64,000 bases of DNA, taken from assembly GCF_988243305.1 (NCBI RefSeq), contig NZ_OZ547136.1; one strand, written 5' to 3'. The notes under the pieces were generated by a model, which was not told the origin of the DNA, did not search any database, and was given only the letters and a program-made list of their open reading frames with translations. Each line of letters opens with the position of its first letter. Position 1 is the first letter of the stretch. Below are positions 1-11,277 of this stretch, in pieces. A program made the translations under genes and the position numbers.

Positions 1-1241
1 AGTGGCGGCCAGGCATGACGATGGACAAAATCATTGAGGAACTGGATAACACCGTGCGTCTGCCGGGGCTGGCGAATCTGTGGGTGCCGCCAATTCGTAA
101 CCGTATCGATATGCTCTCAACCGGCATTAAAAGCCCCATCGGCATTAAAGTTTCCGGCACTGTGCTGGCGGATATCGACGCGATGGCGGAGCAAATTGAA
201 GAAGTGGCGCGAACGGTGCCAGGCGTAGCTTCTGCGCTTGCCGAGCGTCTGGAAGGTGGGCGCTATATCAACGTTGAGATTAACCGTGAAAAAGCCGCGC
301 GTTACGGTATGACGGTGGCGGATGTGCAATTGTTTGTGACATCTGCGGTGGGCGGGGCGATGGTTGGCGAAACGGTGGAAGGGATTGCCCGTTATCCAAT
401 TAATCTGCGTTATCCGCAAAGCTGGCGCGATAGTCCGCAGGCGCTGCGCCAGTTGCCGATTCTGACGCCGATGAAGCAGCAAATCACCCTGGCAGACGTG
501 GCTGACGTTAAAGTCTCTACCGGACCGTCGATGCTGAAAACCGAGAATGCGCGCCCGACGAGCTGGATTTATATCGATGCCCGCGATCGTGACATGGTGT
601 CGGTGGTTCACGATCTGCAAAAAGCGATAGCTGAAAAAGTACAGTTAAAACCGGGCACCAGCGTGGCATTCTCCGGGCAGTTCGAGCTACTGGAACGCGC
701 CAACCATAAGCTGAAACTCATGGTGCCGATGACGCTGATGATCATCTTCGTGCTGTTATATCTGGCGTTCCGTCGGGTGGGCGAAGCGTTGCTGATTATC
801 AGCAGCGTACCGTTTGCGCTGGTGGGCGGCATCTGGTTGCTGTGGTGGATGGGCTTTCATCTTTCCGTGGCGACGGGCACCGGTTTTATTGCCCTCGCCG
901 GGGTTGCCGCCGAATTTGGCGTGGTGATGCTGATGTATTTACGTCACGCCATAGAGGCCGAGCCGTCGTTGAATAATCCGCAAACATTCAGCGAGCAGAA
1001 GCTGGATGAGGCGTTGTATCACGGCGCGGTCCTGCGCGTGCGCCCGAAAGCGATGACGGTGGCGGTGATTATCGCTGGTCTGCTGCCGATTCTGTGGGGA
1101 ACGGGAGCAGGTTCAGAGGTGATGAGCCGGATTGCCGCGCCGATGATTGGCGGCATGATCACCGCGCCTTTGCTATCGCTGTTTATTATCCCGGCGGCAT
1201 ATAAGCTGATGTGGCTGCACCGACATCGGGTACGGAAATAA
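1..1241 (+). CDS. cusA: Cu(I)/Ag(I) efflux RND transporter CusA, C-terminal fragment (5' end lies upstream of the window)
   Basis: ORF 15..1241 in frame from the window edge; multi-TM RND C-terminal domain; ends ...[12 protein letters not shown]. Confidence 0.9.
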   Translation, partial: WRPGMTMDKIIEELDNTVRLPGLANLWVPPIRNRIDMLSTGIKSPIGIKVSGTVLADIDAMAEQIEEVARTVPGVASALAERLEGGRYINVEINREKAARYGMTVADVQLFVTSAVGGAMVGETVEGIARYPINLRYPQSWRDSPQALRQLPILTPMKQQITLADVADVKVSTGPSMLKTENARPTSWIYIDARDRDMVSVVHDLQKAIAEKVQLKPGTSVAFSGQFELLERANHKLKLMVPMTLMIIFVLLYLAFRRVGEALLIISSVPFALVGGIWLLWWMGFHLSVATGTGFIALAGVAAEFGVVMLMYLRHAIEAEPSLNNPQTFSEQKLDEALYHGAVLRVRPKAMTVAVIIAGLLPILWGTGAGSEVMSRIAAPMIGGMITAPLLSLFIIPAAYKLMWLHRHRVRK

Positions 1242-1342
1242 AAGCAGGATACCCGGTTTAACCGTGTGGATTGTGTCTTGCGACGATGGGCACTAAATGT
1301 TAAAAGGTGCCCCTCAACAAAAAAGACACACAGGGGAAAGGC

Positions 1343-2719
1343 GTGAAAAACGCGTCAACCGTATCGGAAGATACTGCGTCGAATCAAGAGCCGACGCTTC
1401 ATCGCGGATTACATAACCGTCATATTCAACTGATTGCGCTGGGTGGCGCAATTGGTACTGGTCTGTTTCTTGGCATTGGCCCGGCGATTCAGATGGCGGG
1501 TCCGGCTGTATTGCTGGGCTACGGCGTCGCCGGGATCATCGCTTTCCTGATTATGCGCCAGCTCGGCGAGATGGTGGTCGAAGAGCCGGTATCCGGTTCA
1601 TTTGCCCACTTTGCCTATAAATACTGGGGACCGTTTGCGGGCTTCCTCTCTGGCTGGAACTACTGGGTGATGTTCGTGCTGGTGGGAATGGCAGAGCTGA
1701 CCGCTGCGGGCATCTATATGCAGTACTGGTTCCCGGATGTTCCAACGTGGATTTGGGCTGCCGCCTTCTTTATTATCATCAACGCCGTTAACCTGGTGAA
1801 CGTGCGCTTATATGGCGAAACCGAGTTCTGGTTTGCGCTGATAAAAGTGCTGGCAATCATCGGTATGATCGGCTTTGGCCTGTGGCTGCTGTTTTCTGGT
1901 CACGGCGGCGAGAAAGCCAGTATCGACAACCTCTGGCGCTACGGTGGTTTCTTTGCCACCGGCTGGAATGGGCTGATTTTGTCGCTGGCGGTGATTATGT
2001 TCTCCTTCGGCGGTCTGGAGCTGATTGGGATTACTGCCGCTGAAGCGCGCGATCCGGAAAAAAGCATTCCGAAAGCGGTAAATCAGGTGGTGTATCGCAT
2101 CCTGCTGTTTTATATCGGTTCACTGGTAGTTTTACTGGCACTCTATCCGTGGGTGGAAGTGAAATCCAACAGTAGCCCGTTTGTGATGATTTTCCATAAT
2201 CTCGACAGCAACGTGGTAGCTTCTGCGCTGAACTTCGTCATTCTGGTAGCATCGCTGTCAGTGTATAACAGCGGGGTTTACTCTAACAGCCGCATGCTGT
2301 TTGGCCTTTCTGTGCAGGGTAATGCGCCGAAGTTTTTGACTCGCGTCAGCCGTCGCGGCGTGCCGATTAACTCGCTGATGCTTTCCGGAGCGATCACTTC
2401 GCTGGTGGTGTTAATCAACTATCTGCTGCCGCAAAAAGCGTTTGGTCTGCTGATGGCGCTGGTGGTAGCAACGCTGCTGTTGAACTGGATTATGATCTGC
2501 CTGGCGCATCTGCGTTTTCGCGCGGCGATGCGACGTCAGGGACGTGAAACACAGTTTAAGGCGCTGCTCTATCCGTTCGGCAACTATCTCTGCATCGCCT
2601 TCCTCGGCATGATTTTGCTGCTGATGTGCACGATGGATGATATGCGCTTGTCAGCGATTCTGCTGCCAGTGTGGATTGTATTCCTGTTTGTAGCGTTTAA
2701 AACGCTGCGTCGGAAATAA
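1343..2719 (+). CDS. pheP: Phenylalanine-specific APC-family permease
   Basis: ORF 1307..2719; 12-TM amino acid permease; GTG at 1343 gives the 458-aa PheP length and follows a purine-rich RBS. Confidence 0.9.
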   Translation: MKNASTVSEDTASNQEPTLHRGLHNRHIQLIALGGAIGTGLFLGIGPAIQMAGPAVLLGYGVAGIIAFLIMRQLGEMVVEEPVSGSFAHFAYKYWGPFAGFLSGWNYWVMFVLVGMAELTAAGIYMQYWFPDVPTWIWAAAFFIIINAVNLVNVRLYGETEFWFALIKVLAIIGMIGFGLWLLFSGHGGEKASIDNLWRYGGFFATGWNGLILSLAVIMFSFGGLELIGITAAEARDPEKSIPKAVNQVVYRILLFYIGSLVVLLALYPWVEVKSNSSPFVMIFHNLDSNVVASALNFVILVASLSVYNSGVYSNSRMLFGLSVQGNAPKFLTRVSRRGVPINSLMLSGAITSLVVLINYLLPQKAFGLLMALVVATLLLNWIMICLAHLRFRAAMRRQGRETQFKALLYPFGNYLCIAFLGMILLLMCTMDDMRLSAILLPVWIVFLFVAFKTLRRK

Positions 2720-2750
2720 GGCATTCACGCTACATCCGACAAAACGATGT

Positions 2751-2784
2751 CCGCTCTCATCCATTCGATGAGAGCGGTTTTTTT
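2751..2784. terminator. Intrinsic terminator between convergent pheP and ybdG
   Basis: Hairpin ccgctctcatc / gatgagagcgg followed by a 7-T run. Confidence 0.6.
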
Positions 2785-2786
2785 AA

Positions 2787-4082
<1,296 letters not shown>

Positions 4083-4141
4083 TTATGCAAATCAGGAGAA
4101 TCTGAGGGGAAATAGCCGGGCAGATGCCCGGCAAGAGAGAA

Positions 4142-4795
4142 TTACACTTCGGTTAAGGTGATGTTTTGCGGCAGACGAGATTTCGGCAGCGTAGCGTTAA
4201 AATCTTCAACGCTGTGATGACCTACCGGAACAACCACCAGACTGGTGTAGCCTTTCTCTTTCAGACCAAATTCTTCATCGAGGATGGCGGCGTCAAAACC
4301 TTCGATGGGTACCGCGTCCAGACCCAGAGCCGCCACGCCGAGCAGGAAGTTACCGACGTTGAGATAAACCTGTTTTGCCATCCACTGCGCATCATCATGC
4401 AGATCTTTACGGTGCATATCGGCGAAGAACTTGCGACCTTTATCGTTCGCGGCTTTCGCTTCCGGCGTGGCAAAGCGGCCATCGGCATCTTCCTGGTCAA
4501 CAACCAGCTTCAGCCAGGCATCGTCCATCGCGGTTTTTGCACAGAACACCACAACGTGCGAGGCATCAAGCATTTTACGCTCGTTGAACACGTAATTACC
4601 GGCAGCGGATTTGGCAACACGCGCTTTACCTTCTTCCGTGCTGGCAACAATAAAATGCCACGGCTGGGAGTTGGTGCTGGATGGGCTGTATTGCAGGAGA
4701 GTTTTGATCTGCTCGGCCTGTTCCGGGGTTAGTTTTTTGCTGGCATCAAATGCCTTAGTGGAATGACGCTTTAAGGCGACAGAAATGATATCCAT
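4142..4795 (-). CDS. nfsB: Oxygen-insensitive NAD(P)H nitroreductase
   Basis: ORF 4142..4846; start trimmed to [16 protein letters not shown] (217 aa); nitroreductase fold sequence. Confidence 0.9.
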   Translation of the reverse strand: MDIISVALKRHSTKAFDASKKLTPEQAEQIKTLLQYSPSSTNSQPWHFIVASTEEGKARVAKSAAGNYVFNERKMLDASHVVVFCAKTAMDDAWLKLVVDQEDADGRFATPEAKAANDKGRKFFADMHRKDLHDDAQWMAKQVYLNVGNFLLGVAALGLDAVPIEGFDAAILDEEFGLKEKGYTSLVVVPVGHHSVEDFNATLPKSRLPQNITLTEV

Positions 4796-4888
4796 AAAGA
4801 CTCCATGTGAAAGTAATTTTGCGTGCCAGCAGATTACAAGGTTCAACGAGAAATGGTAAGCGAGAAAAATGCGCTATAGATTTCCGCT

Positions 4889-5257
4889 TTAGCCTGGACG
4901 CACTCTTTTTTGATCGCGTTTAGCCAGACCATCAACCACCAGATTCCACGAATCGTTGATCAGATCGCGAAGTAACGCTTCGGAGATTTCCTCGCCGGGA
5001 TACACTGAAATCCAGTGCTTTTTATTCATGTGATATCCTGGCTTAATGCTCGGGTATATCTGCTGATTTAACAGGGATTTTTGTGGATCGGACTTCAAAT
5101 TGATAAAGGGAACGCCGCGCAGCTCTGACGACAACATAAAAATCTTGCCGCCAATTTTAAAAACATCGAACTCCGGCCCAAAAGGCCAGCAAAGCTCGAC
5201 AAAGGGTAACTCAAGGGCCAGGCGTTTCGCCGTTTCGTGCAGTGATTGCTTATCCAT
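4889..5257 (-). CDS. ybdF: Conserved protein YbdF
   Basis: ORF 4889..5377; start trimmed to [13 protein letters not shown] (122 aa). Confidence 0.85.
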
Positions 5258-5321
5258 AAACGTTCCTTTAGGCGAAGGAGAATAAGCAAAGTATGCCGCG
5301 AAGTTCGGCGATAATCGACGT

Positions 5322-5570
5322 TTAATCCGCCAGCGAGAACCAGCGTCGCCAGATAAAGCGCAGAACAAAATACTCAATAGCGCCCAGCACTAAAAACCAC
5401 AGACAAAACAATAAAGTGTAAAGCTGGCTAAGATCCATCAGATGGAACGTGGTCACCAGTTTTTGTGCCAGCGTCAGCCCCAATGCGGGGGCGGGAAGCA
5501 GCAGGCAAGAGAGGAAAGCCATCAGCAAAATGCCTGCTGCGGTGGTCAAGGTTTCTAAAGGGTGTTTCAT
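5322..5570 (-). CDS. ybdJ: Small membrane protein YbdJ
   Basis: 82-aa ORF with two hydrophobic segments. Confidence 0.85.
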
Positions 5571-5635
5571 AACATTGTTAAATGTAAGTTAAAACACCAT
5601 TGTCAGGGATATTCTTCTGTAAGGCAATTCCCGAC

Positions 5636-6763
<1,128 letters not shown>

Positions 6764-7045
6764 TTATGTTGGCGTTTTCTATTCAGTATAGAAGTGGGAG
6801 CGACTGGGCGAGATGCGGAAGTTCTGGAATGTTTTTTTTTGATGATGGTGACTGAAGCAAATTGGCTACATTTTGCAATATGACAAGTTATGGCAGTGCG
6901 GACTGGTGGCGAAGAATTTTGACGATTGAGGCATGCAGAAAAAACGGGTTCAGCTTCAGTTGATCAAATGAGGATTGAGAAGTCCGAAACAGGACTTACT
7001 GTATAAATAAACAGCTATTTTGCTAAGGAAGGGTAAGATAACGGC

Positions 7046-7110
7046 GGGTGCCTGAAGCTTTCCGGTTTCAGGTTTACTCTGAGGTCTGGAAAGATGAAGC
7101 CCCAGGACGA
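7046..7110 (-). ncRNA. sokE: Putative Sok antisense RNA, copy 1 (approximate coordinates)
   Basis: Inferred from hok/sok architecture: antisense to the mok translation-initiation region; candidate minus-strand -10 tagaaat at 7123..7117 and a weak -35. Confidence 0.3.
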
Positions 7111-7282
7111 TATTTCTATCAACCCTGGGGCTGCCACTCCAAACCCAAACAATTTGGATGGTAGTCCCTTCTTCGCATGGAGGCAATATAAACATGCTGA
7201 CGAAATATGCCCTTGCGGCAGTCATAGTGCTGTGTTTGACGGTGCTGGGATTTACGCTTCTGGTCGGAGACTCGCTGTGTGA
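7094..7282 (+). CDS. mokE: Mok (modulator of killing) overlapping reading frame, copy 1
   Basis: 62-aa ORF overlapping hok in another frame, as in hok/sok loci. Confidence 0.5.
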   Translation: MKPQDDISINPGAATPNPNNLDGSPFFAWRQYKHADEICPCGSHSAVFDGAGIYASGRRLAV

Positions 7283-7346
7283 GTTTACGGTGAAGGAACG
7301 TAATATTGAGTTTAAGGCTGTTCTCGCTTACGAACCGAAGAAGTAG
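7194..7346 (+). CDS. hokE: Hok-family type I toxin (50 aa), copy 1
   Basis: [50 protein letters not shown]; single TM helix and conserved Hok C-terminus. Confidence 0.85.
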   Translation: MLTKYALAAVIVLCLTVLGFTLLVGDSLCEFTVKERNIEFKAVLAYEPKK

Positions 7347-7418
7347 CCGTTGTGCGGGGAGTAATCCCCGCATATCCGGTTGTCAGGTCAGGGTGGTAAG
7401 GCACCTGCTTTACACTTT

Positions 7419-7446
7419 CGCCCGCGGTCAGCAATGGCTGCGGGCG
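7419..7446 (+). terminator. 3' stem-loop of hok mRNA copy 1 (terminator/fold-back region)
   Basis: cgcccgcggtcagcaatggctgcgggcg palindrome. Confidence 0.5.
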
Positions 7447-7549
7447 ATGTCGTTTTAAGGGCAATGATCAGTTTTGCCAACAGAAGTCCGAAACAGGATT
7501 CACTGTATAAATAAACAGCTATTTTGCTGAGGAAGGGTAAGATAACGGC

Positions 7550-7614
7550 GGGTGCCTGAAGCTTTCCGGTTTCAGGTTAACTCTGAGGTCTGGAAAGATG
7601 AAGCCCCAGGACGA
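7550..7614 (-). ncRNA. sokE: Putative Sok antisense RNA, copy 2 (approximate coordinates)
   Basis: Same position relative to mok/hok as copy 1. Confidence 0.3.
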
Positions 7615-7786
7615 TATTTCTATCAACCCTGGGGCTACCTACCCAAACCTGAACAATTTGGATGGTAGTCCCTTCTTCGCATGGAGGCAATATAAACATG
7701 CTGACGAAATATGCCCTTGTGGCAGTCATAGTGCTGTGTTTAACGGTGCTGGGATTTACGCTTCTGGTCGGAGACTCGCTGTGTGA
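7598..7786 (+). CDS. mokE: Mok overlapping reading frame, copy 2
   Basis: 62-aa ORF, 3 aa different from copy 1. Confidence 0.5.
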   Translation: MKPQDDISINPGATYPNLNNLDGSPFFAWRQYKHADEICPCGSHSAVFNGAGIYASGRRLAV

Positions 7787-7850
7787 GTTTACGGTGAAGG
7801 AACGTAATATTGAGTTTAAGGCTGTTCTCGCTTACGAACCGAAGAAGTAG
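7698..7850 (+). CDS. hokE: Hok-family type I toxin (50 aa), copy 2
   Basis: [50 protein letters not shown]; one substitution (A8V) relative to copy 1. Confidence 0.85.
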   Translation: MLTKYALVAVIVLCLTVLGFTLLVGDSLCEFTVKERNIEFKAVLAYEPKK

Positions 7851-7950
7851 CCGTTGTGCGGGGAGTAATCCCTTAAGTTAGCGCTTATGGGAGTAATCCC
7901 CGCATATCCGGTTGTCAGGTCAGGGTGGTAAGGCACCTGCTTTACACTTT

Positions 7951-7978
7951 CGCCCGCAGTCAGCATTGGCTGCGGGCG
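7951..7978 (+). terminator. 3' stem-loop of hok mRNA copy 2
   Basis: cgcccgcagtcagcattggctgcgggcg palindrome. Confidence 0.5.
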
Positions 7979-7999
7979 AATCGCTCCGGGTATTGTCAA

Positions 8000-8620
8000 T
8001 TAATCGTGTTGGCACAGCGTTATGACTATCTTTTCTTTTATCTGCCAGTGCACAGCAAACTGCTCATCCTCTAGTCGAATGATGATCTGCTGTTTATTCA
8101 AGCTAATTATCTGATAATCCAGAAATCCTGCATCAGTTTGTCTCTCCGATGCCTTAAATGCGCTCTCTTTGGCGGAAAATGCCAGTGTTAGCGCCAGAGA
8201 AAAGGTTAAACCGCATTCTGCGAGTCGCTCGTGTTCTGCTGGTGTAATAATGTTGTCTGTCAATTCTCTTGCGGTTTGTACAGAGAAAATCTCTTCGATA
8301 TCAATGCCAATCGGTTGACGAGATACCACGGCTAATGCCGTAGTCCCGCAGTGGCTAATACTGCCGTATACCTCCGCAGGCCACACAGGTTGGCGTAGCT
8401 CGCCGATAGCGGGCACATATTTATAGCCATATTCCCGCAAGGCATAAACAGCAGCGATTCGTCCAGCTAAATGCTCTGTTTTACGTTTACGTCCAGCGTG
8501 TTGCAGTTGTGCGTAGTGTGGCAGCCAGAGTAAATCCTGCTCGCGAAAACTCGCCGGATCGAACTTAACAAAATGCAGCGTATTTCCGGCAAAGGGGAGG
8601 GCGGTATGCGTAGTTTTCAT
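8000..8620 (-). CDS. entD: 4'-phosphopantetheinyl transferase for enterobactin synthase
   Basis: ORF 8000..8770; PPTase motifs PIGIDIEEI and FSAKESAFKA; start ambiguous (MKTTHT at 8620 or MVDMKTT at 8629). Confidence 0.85.
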   Translation of the reverse strand: MKTTHTALPFAGNTLHFVKFDPASFREQDLLWLPHYAQLQHAGRKRKTEHLAGRIAAVYALREYGYKYVPAIGELRQPVWPAEVYGSISHCGTTALAVVSRQPIGIDIEEIFSVQTARELTDNIITPAEHERLAECGLTFSLALTLAFSAKESAFKASERQTDAGFLDYQIISLNKQQIIIRLEDEQFAVHWQIKEKIVITLCQHD

Positions 8621-8655
8621 GTCGACCATATTAGAGACTGATGACAAACGCAAAA

Positions 8656-8755
8656 CTGCCTGATGCGCTACGCTTATCAGGCCTACGTGGTCCTGCAATA
8701 TATTGAATTGGCAAGATTTTTGTAGGCCGGATAAGGCGTTCACGCCGCATCCGGC
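8656..8755. repeat. REP/BIME element (two REP-type palindromic units) between entD and fepA
   Basis: gcctgatgcgctacgcttatcaggcctac and tgtaggccggataaggcgttcacgccgcatccggca match the enterobacterial REP consensus family. Confidence 0.75.
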
Positions 8756-8794
8756 ATGAACTACGCGCACTTTGTCAACAATCTGACGTTAGCA

Positions 8795-11035
8795 TCAGAA
8801 GTGAGTATTAATGCTCATATACCACGTACGTCCCGGCTCGTTATAGGTATATGCCCCGGCACCGGCGATATAGTTGGCTCCTGCCAGATCGCCTGTGGTC
8901 TGGGCATTACCCGCACGCCACAAACGTTTGTCGAACAGGTTGTCCACGCCGCCGGTCAGACTGACATTCTTCGTTACATCCCAGGTCGCGCTCAGGCCAA
9001 CAATGCTGTACGGGCTGATTTCTTTGGTTTCCGGTCCAACCGCTGGCTGACCTTTATAGTTGTACTTCTTCGGCTGCTGCTTGCCGTACCAGGTGAAGGT
9101 TGTTTGCATCGACAAATCTTCCCGTGCCTGCCAGCTCAGCGTTGAGTTCAACGTATACTCCGGGATGATCGACAAACGGTCGCCCGTGGTTTTGTTTTCA
9201 CTCTTCAGCATATAAGTGATGTTATTGGTCCACATCACCGTTTCGCTAACCGGTACGTTTAACGATCCTTCCAGACCTTCAACCACCGCTTTCGGTACGT
9301 TATCCCACTGATAGAGATCGGTGCCGACTGCGTTTTGCCCTACAGCCACATAGCCCGCTTCAATCTTATTGCGATAATCGTTACGGAACCAGGTGACGCC
9401 CGCCAGCCAGCCGTCGCGTTTGAACTCCAGACCAATCTCTTTGTTGATGCTGGTTTCTGCTTTCAGGTCATCATTACCTTGCAGATAGCAGCCGCCCGCG
9501 CTGGCATAGCAGCCCTGACCTTTACTGTAGAGAATGTAGTTCGGGTTAGTCTGGTACAGACTCGGCGCTTTATAAGCACGGGCAATGCCCATTTTCAGCG
9601 TGAAGTCATCGCCTAAACCTTGCGAGATGTTCAGCGCCGGACTCCAGTTATTGCCAACAATGCTGTGATGATCGAAACGCAGCCCCGGCGTTACGATGGT
9701 GCTGTCAGTCAGCTCCATATTGTTTTCGGCAAATAGCGAGAAAATTTCTGCTTTTGAATACGGGCTACGGTCGGTGGCACTCACGCCATCAATAGCACCG
9801 CCGGTATTCGTCCCAGTGAGCGCCTGGGTGTTGGAACTTAAATCCTTCATCCGCTGCTGATTCCACTCCGTACCCAGCGTCAGCGTCTGGTTAACGAGGA
9901 AATCAATCGGCAGGTTAACTTCGCTGTGCAGCATCACGTCATCGAGATCGATATCGACGAAATCCTGTGTCGCTTTTTCGTTAAATTTCCCTTCGGTACC
10001 GCCCGCCAGACCTTCCGGAATACGCGAGTTACGGGTGTGTTCGTACTGCACCCAGTTGCTGGTGGTCACGCCGTTATCCCAGCCGCCGTTCCATGTCAGC
10101 GAGTAGTTCTGGCGATACAGACGGTTGGTTTCATCGCCATATTTCGAGCGGGTATAGGAGTCAGAGTTGGTGTTCTGGGTGTCGCCCGCATACAGGTTAC
10201 CCTGGCGGCTGTAGCCCGCTTCCAGTTCGAGTGATTGCAGAGGCGCGAAGTCCCAGCGCACTACGCCATTAATATCTTTGTTAATTACCCCTTCGCGCCC
10301 GGCTGGTAACGTCGTGGCATACGTTCCGGCACGCGCGGACTGATGGCCCTGGTTGATATCCCACGCGTCAGCCTGGGTTTTGTCGAGGTTGCCATACAAG
10401 CGGAAGCTGAATTCGTCGCCCAGCGGACCGGTCAGGCTGAAGTTGGTGCGTTTAGTGGCACCTTCCTCTTTATGTTCTGGCGCATTGAAATAAGCGTCCC
10501 AGGAGCCGTGCCACTCACCGCTGCCTTTTTTGGTAATGATGTTAACCACGCCGCCCGCCGCGCCGTTGCCATAACGCGCAGCTGCCGGACCACGCAGAAC
10601 TTCAATACGTTCAATCATTTCAGGTGGCACCCAGGAAGTATCACCACGGGTATCGCGCTCGCCACGCCAGCCCTGACGCACCGAGTTACGGCTGCTTACC
10701 GGTTTGCCGTCAATCAAAATCAGCGTGTTTTCCGGACCCATGCCGCGAATATCAATCTGGCGGTTATTACCACGCTGACCACTGGTGGAGTTGCCGGTCA
10801 GGTTAACGCCTGGCATGGTACGGATGATCTCCGACACATCGCGGGCAACCGGGTTTTTGCGGATTTCATCTGCGGTGATGGTCGAAACGCCAGGTGCCTG
10901 CAAGTTCTGCTCGGCGGCGGTAACGACAATGGTATCGTCATGTGAAACAGGAGTATCGGTCGGCTCTTGTGCCTGTGCTACCCCATAAATCCCCAGATTG
11001 ACCAACAAGGCCAGGGAATGAATCTTCTTGTTCAT
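8795..11035 (-). CDS. fepA: TonB-dependent ferric enterobactin outer-membrane receptor
   Basis: ORF 8795..11092; start MNKKIHSLALL with signal peptide; TonB box DTIVVTA; C-terminal aromatic terminus ...NTHF. Confidence 0.95.
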   Translation of the reverse strand: MNKKIHSLALLVNLGIYGVAQAQEPTDTPVSHDDTIVVTAAEQNLQAPGVSTITADEIRKNPVARDVSEIIRTMPGVNLTGNSTSGQRGNNRQIDIRGMGPENTLILIDGKPVSSRNSVRQGWRGERDTRGDTSWVPPEMIERIEVLRGPAAARYGNGAAGGVVNIITKKGSGEWHGSWDAYFNAPEHKEEGATKRTNFSLTGPLGDEFSFRLYGNLDKTQADAWDINQGHQSARAGTYATTLPAGREGVINKDINGVVRWDFAPLQSLELEAGYSRQGNLYAGDTQNTNSDSYTRSKYGDETNRLYRQNYSLTWNGGWDNGVTTSNWVQYEHTRNSRIPEGLAGGTEGKFNEKATQDFVDIDLDDVMLHSEVNLPIDFLVNQTLTLGTEWNQQRMKDLSSNTQALTGTNTGGAIDGVSATDRSPYSKAEIFSLFAENNMELTDSTIVTPGLRFDHHSIVGNNWSPALNISQGLGDDFTLKMGIARAYKAPSLYQTNPNYILYSKGQGCYASAGGCYLQGNDDLKAETSINKEIGLEFKRDGWLAGVTWFRNDYRNKIEAGYVAVGQNAVGTDLYQWDNVPKAVVEGLEGSLNVPVSETVMWTNNITYMLKSENKTTGDRLSIIPEYTLNSTLSWQAREDLSMQTTFTWYGKQQPKKYNYKGQPAVGPETKEISPYSIVGLSATWDVTKNVSLTGGVDNLFDKRLWRAGNAQTTGDLAGANYIAGAGAYTYNEPGRTWYMSINTHF

Positions 11036-11196
11036 TGTTTTATTCCTGCATTTTTGCCACGAATTGCAACTGTCGGGCATGGTCGTCATCAATACGACGC
11101 ACCCCGCTACCGCGAAAACCTTTGATCCTGAAAGACACGCAGTGCAGTTGGTTAATTAATGTCCGCGCTTCCCACGGCGCGCCATTACGCTATTGC

Positions 11197-11232
11197 AAAT
11201 GCAAATAGTTATCAATAATATTATCAATATAT
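11197..11232. promoter_or_regulatory. Candidate Fur box(es) in the divergent fepA / fes-ybdZ-entF promoter region
   Basis: aaatagttatcaataatattatcaatat resembles overlapping GATAAT-type Fur hexamers. Confidence 0.55.
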
Positions 11233-11277
11233 TTCTGCAATCAATGAAAAATTGCACAGTAAACATGGGGTTATGGT

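Larger units (their letters stand above)
6961..7980 (+). repeat. Tandem direct duplication of a ~504-bp hok/sok toxin-antitoxin unit (two diverged copies, about 6961..7464 and 7465..7980)
   Basis: The two copies align base-for-base with scattered substitutions and a ~26-bp insertion in copy 2; each carries mok, hok and a 3' hairpin. Confidence 0.85.

Noticed and set aside
6961-7980. Hok/sok duplication as a plasmid-derived insertion
   Set aside because: The flanking genes (ybdK, entD) are chromosomal and contiguous, and there are no replication, partition or transfer genes nearby; this fits a chromosomal hok locus rather than integrated plasmid DNA.
8630-8770. N-terminally extended versions of several ORFs in the supplied track (entD 256 aa, fepA 765 aa, citF 542 aa, citC 381 aa, dsbG 268 aa, fepC 318 aa, nfsB 234 aa)
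   Set aside because: The extensions are in-frame read-through upstream of the real start; the internal Met or GTG starts give the lengths I remember for these proteins and have better RBS or signal-peptide context, so the shorter forms were annotated.
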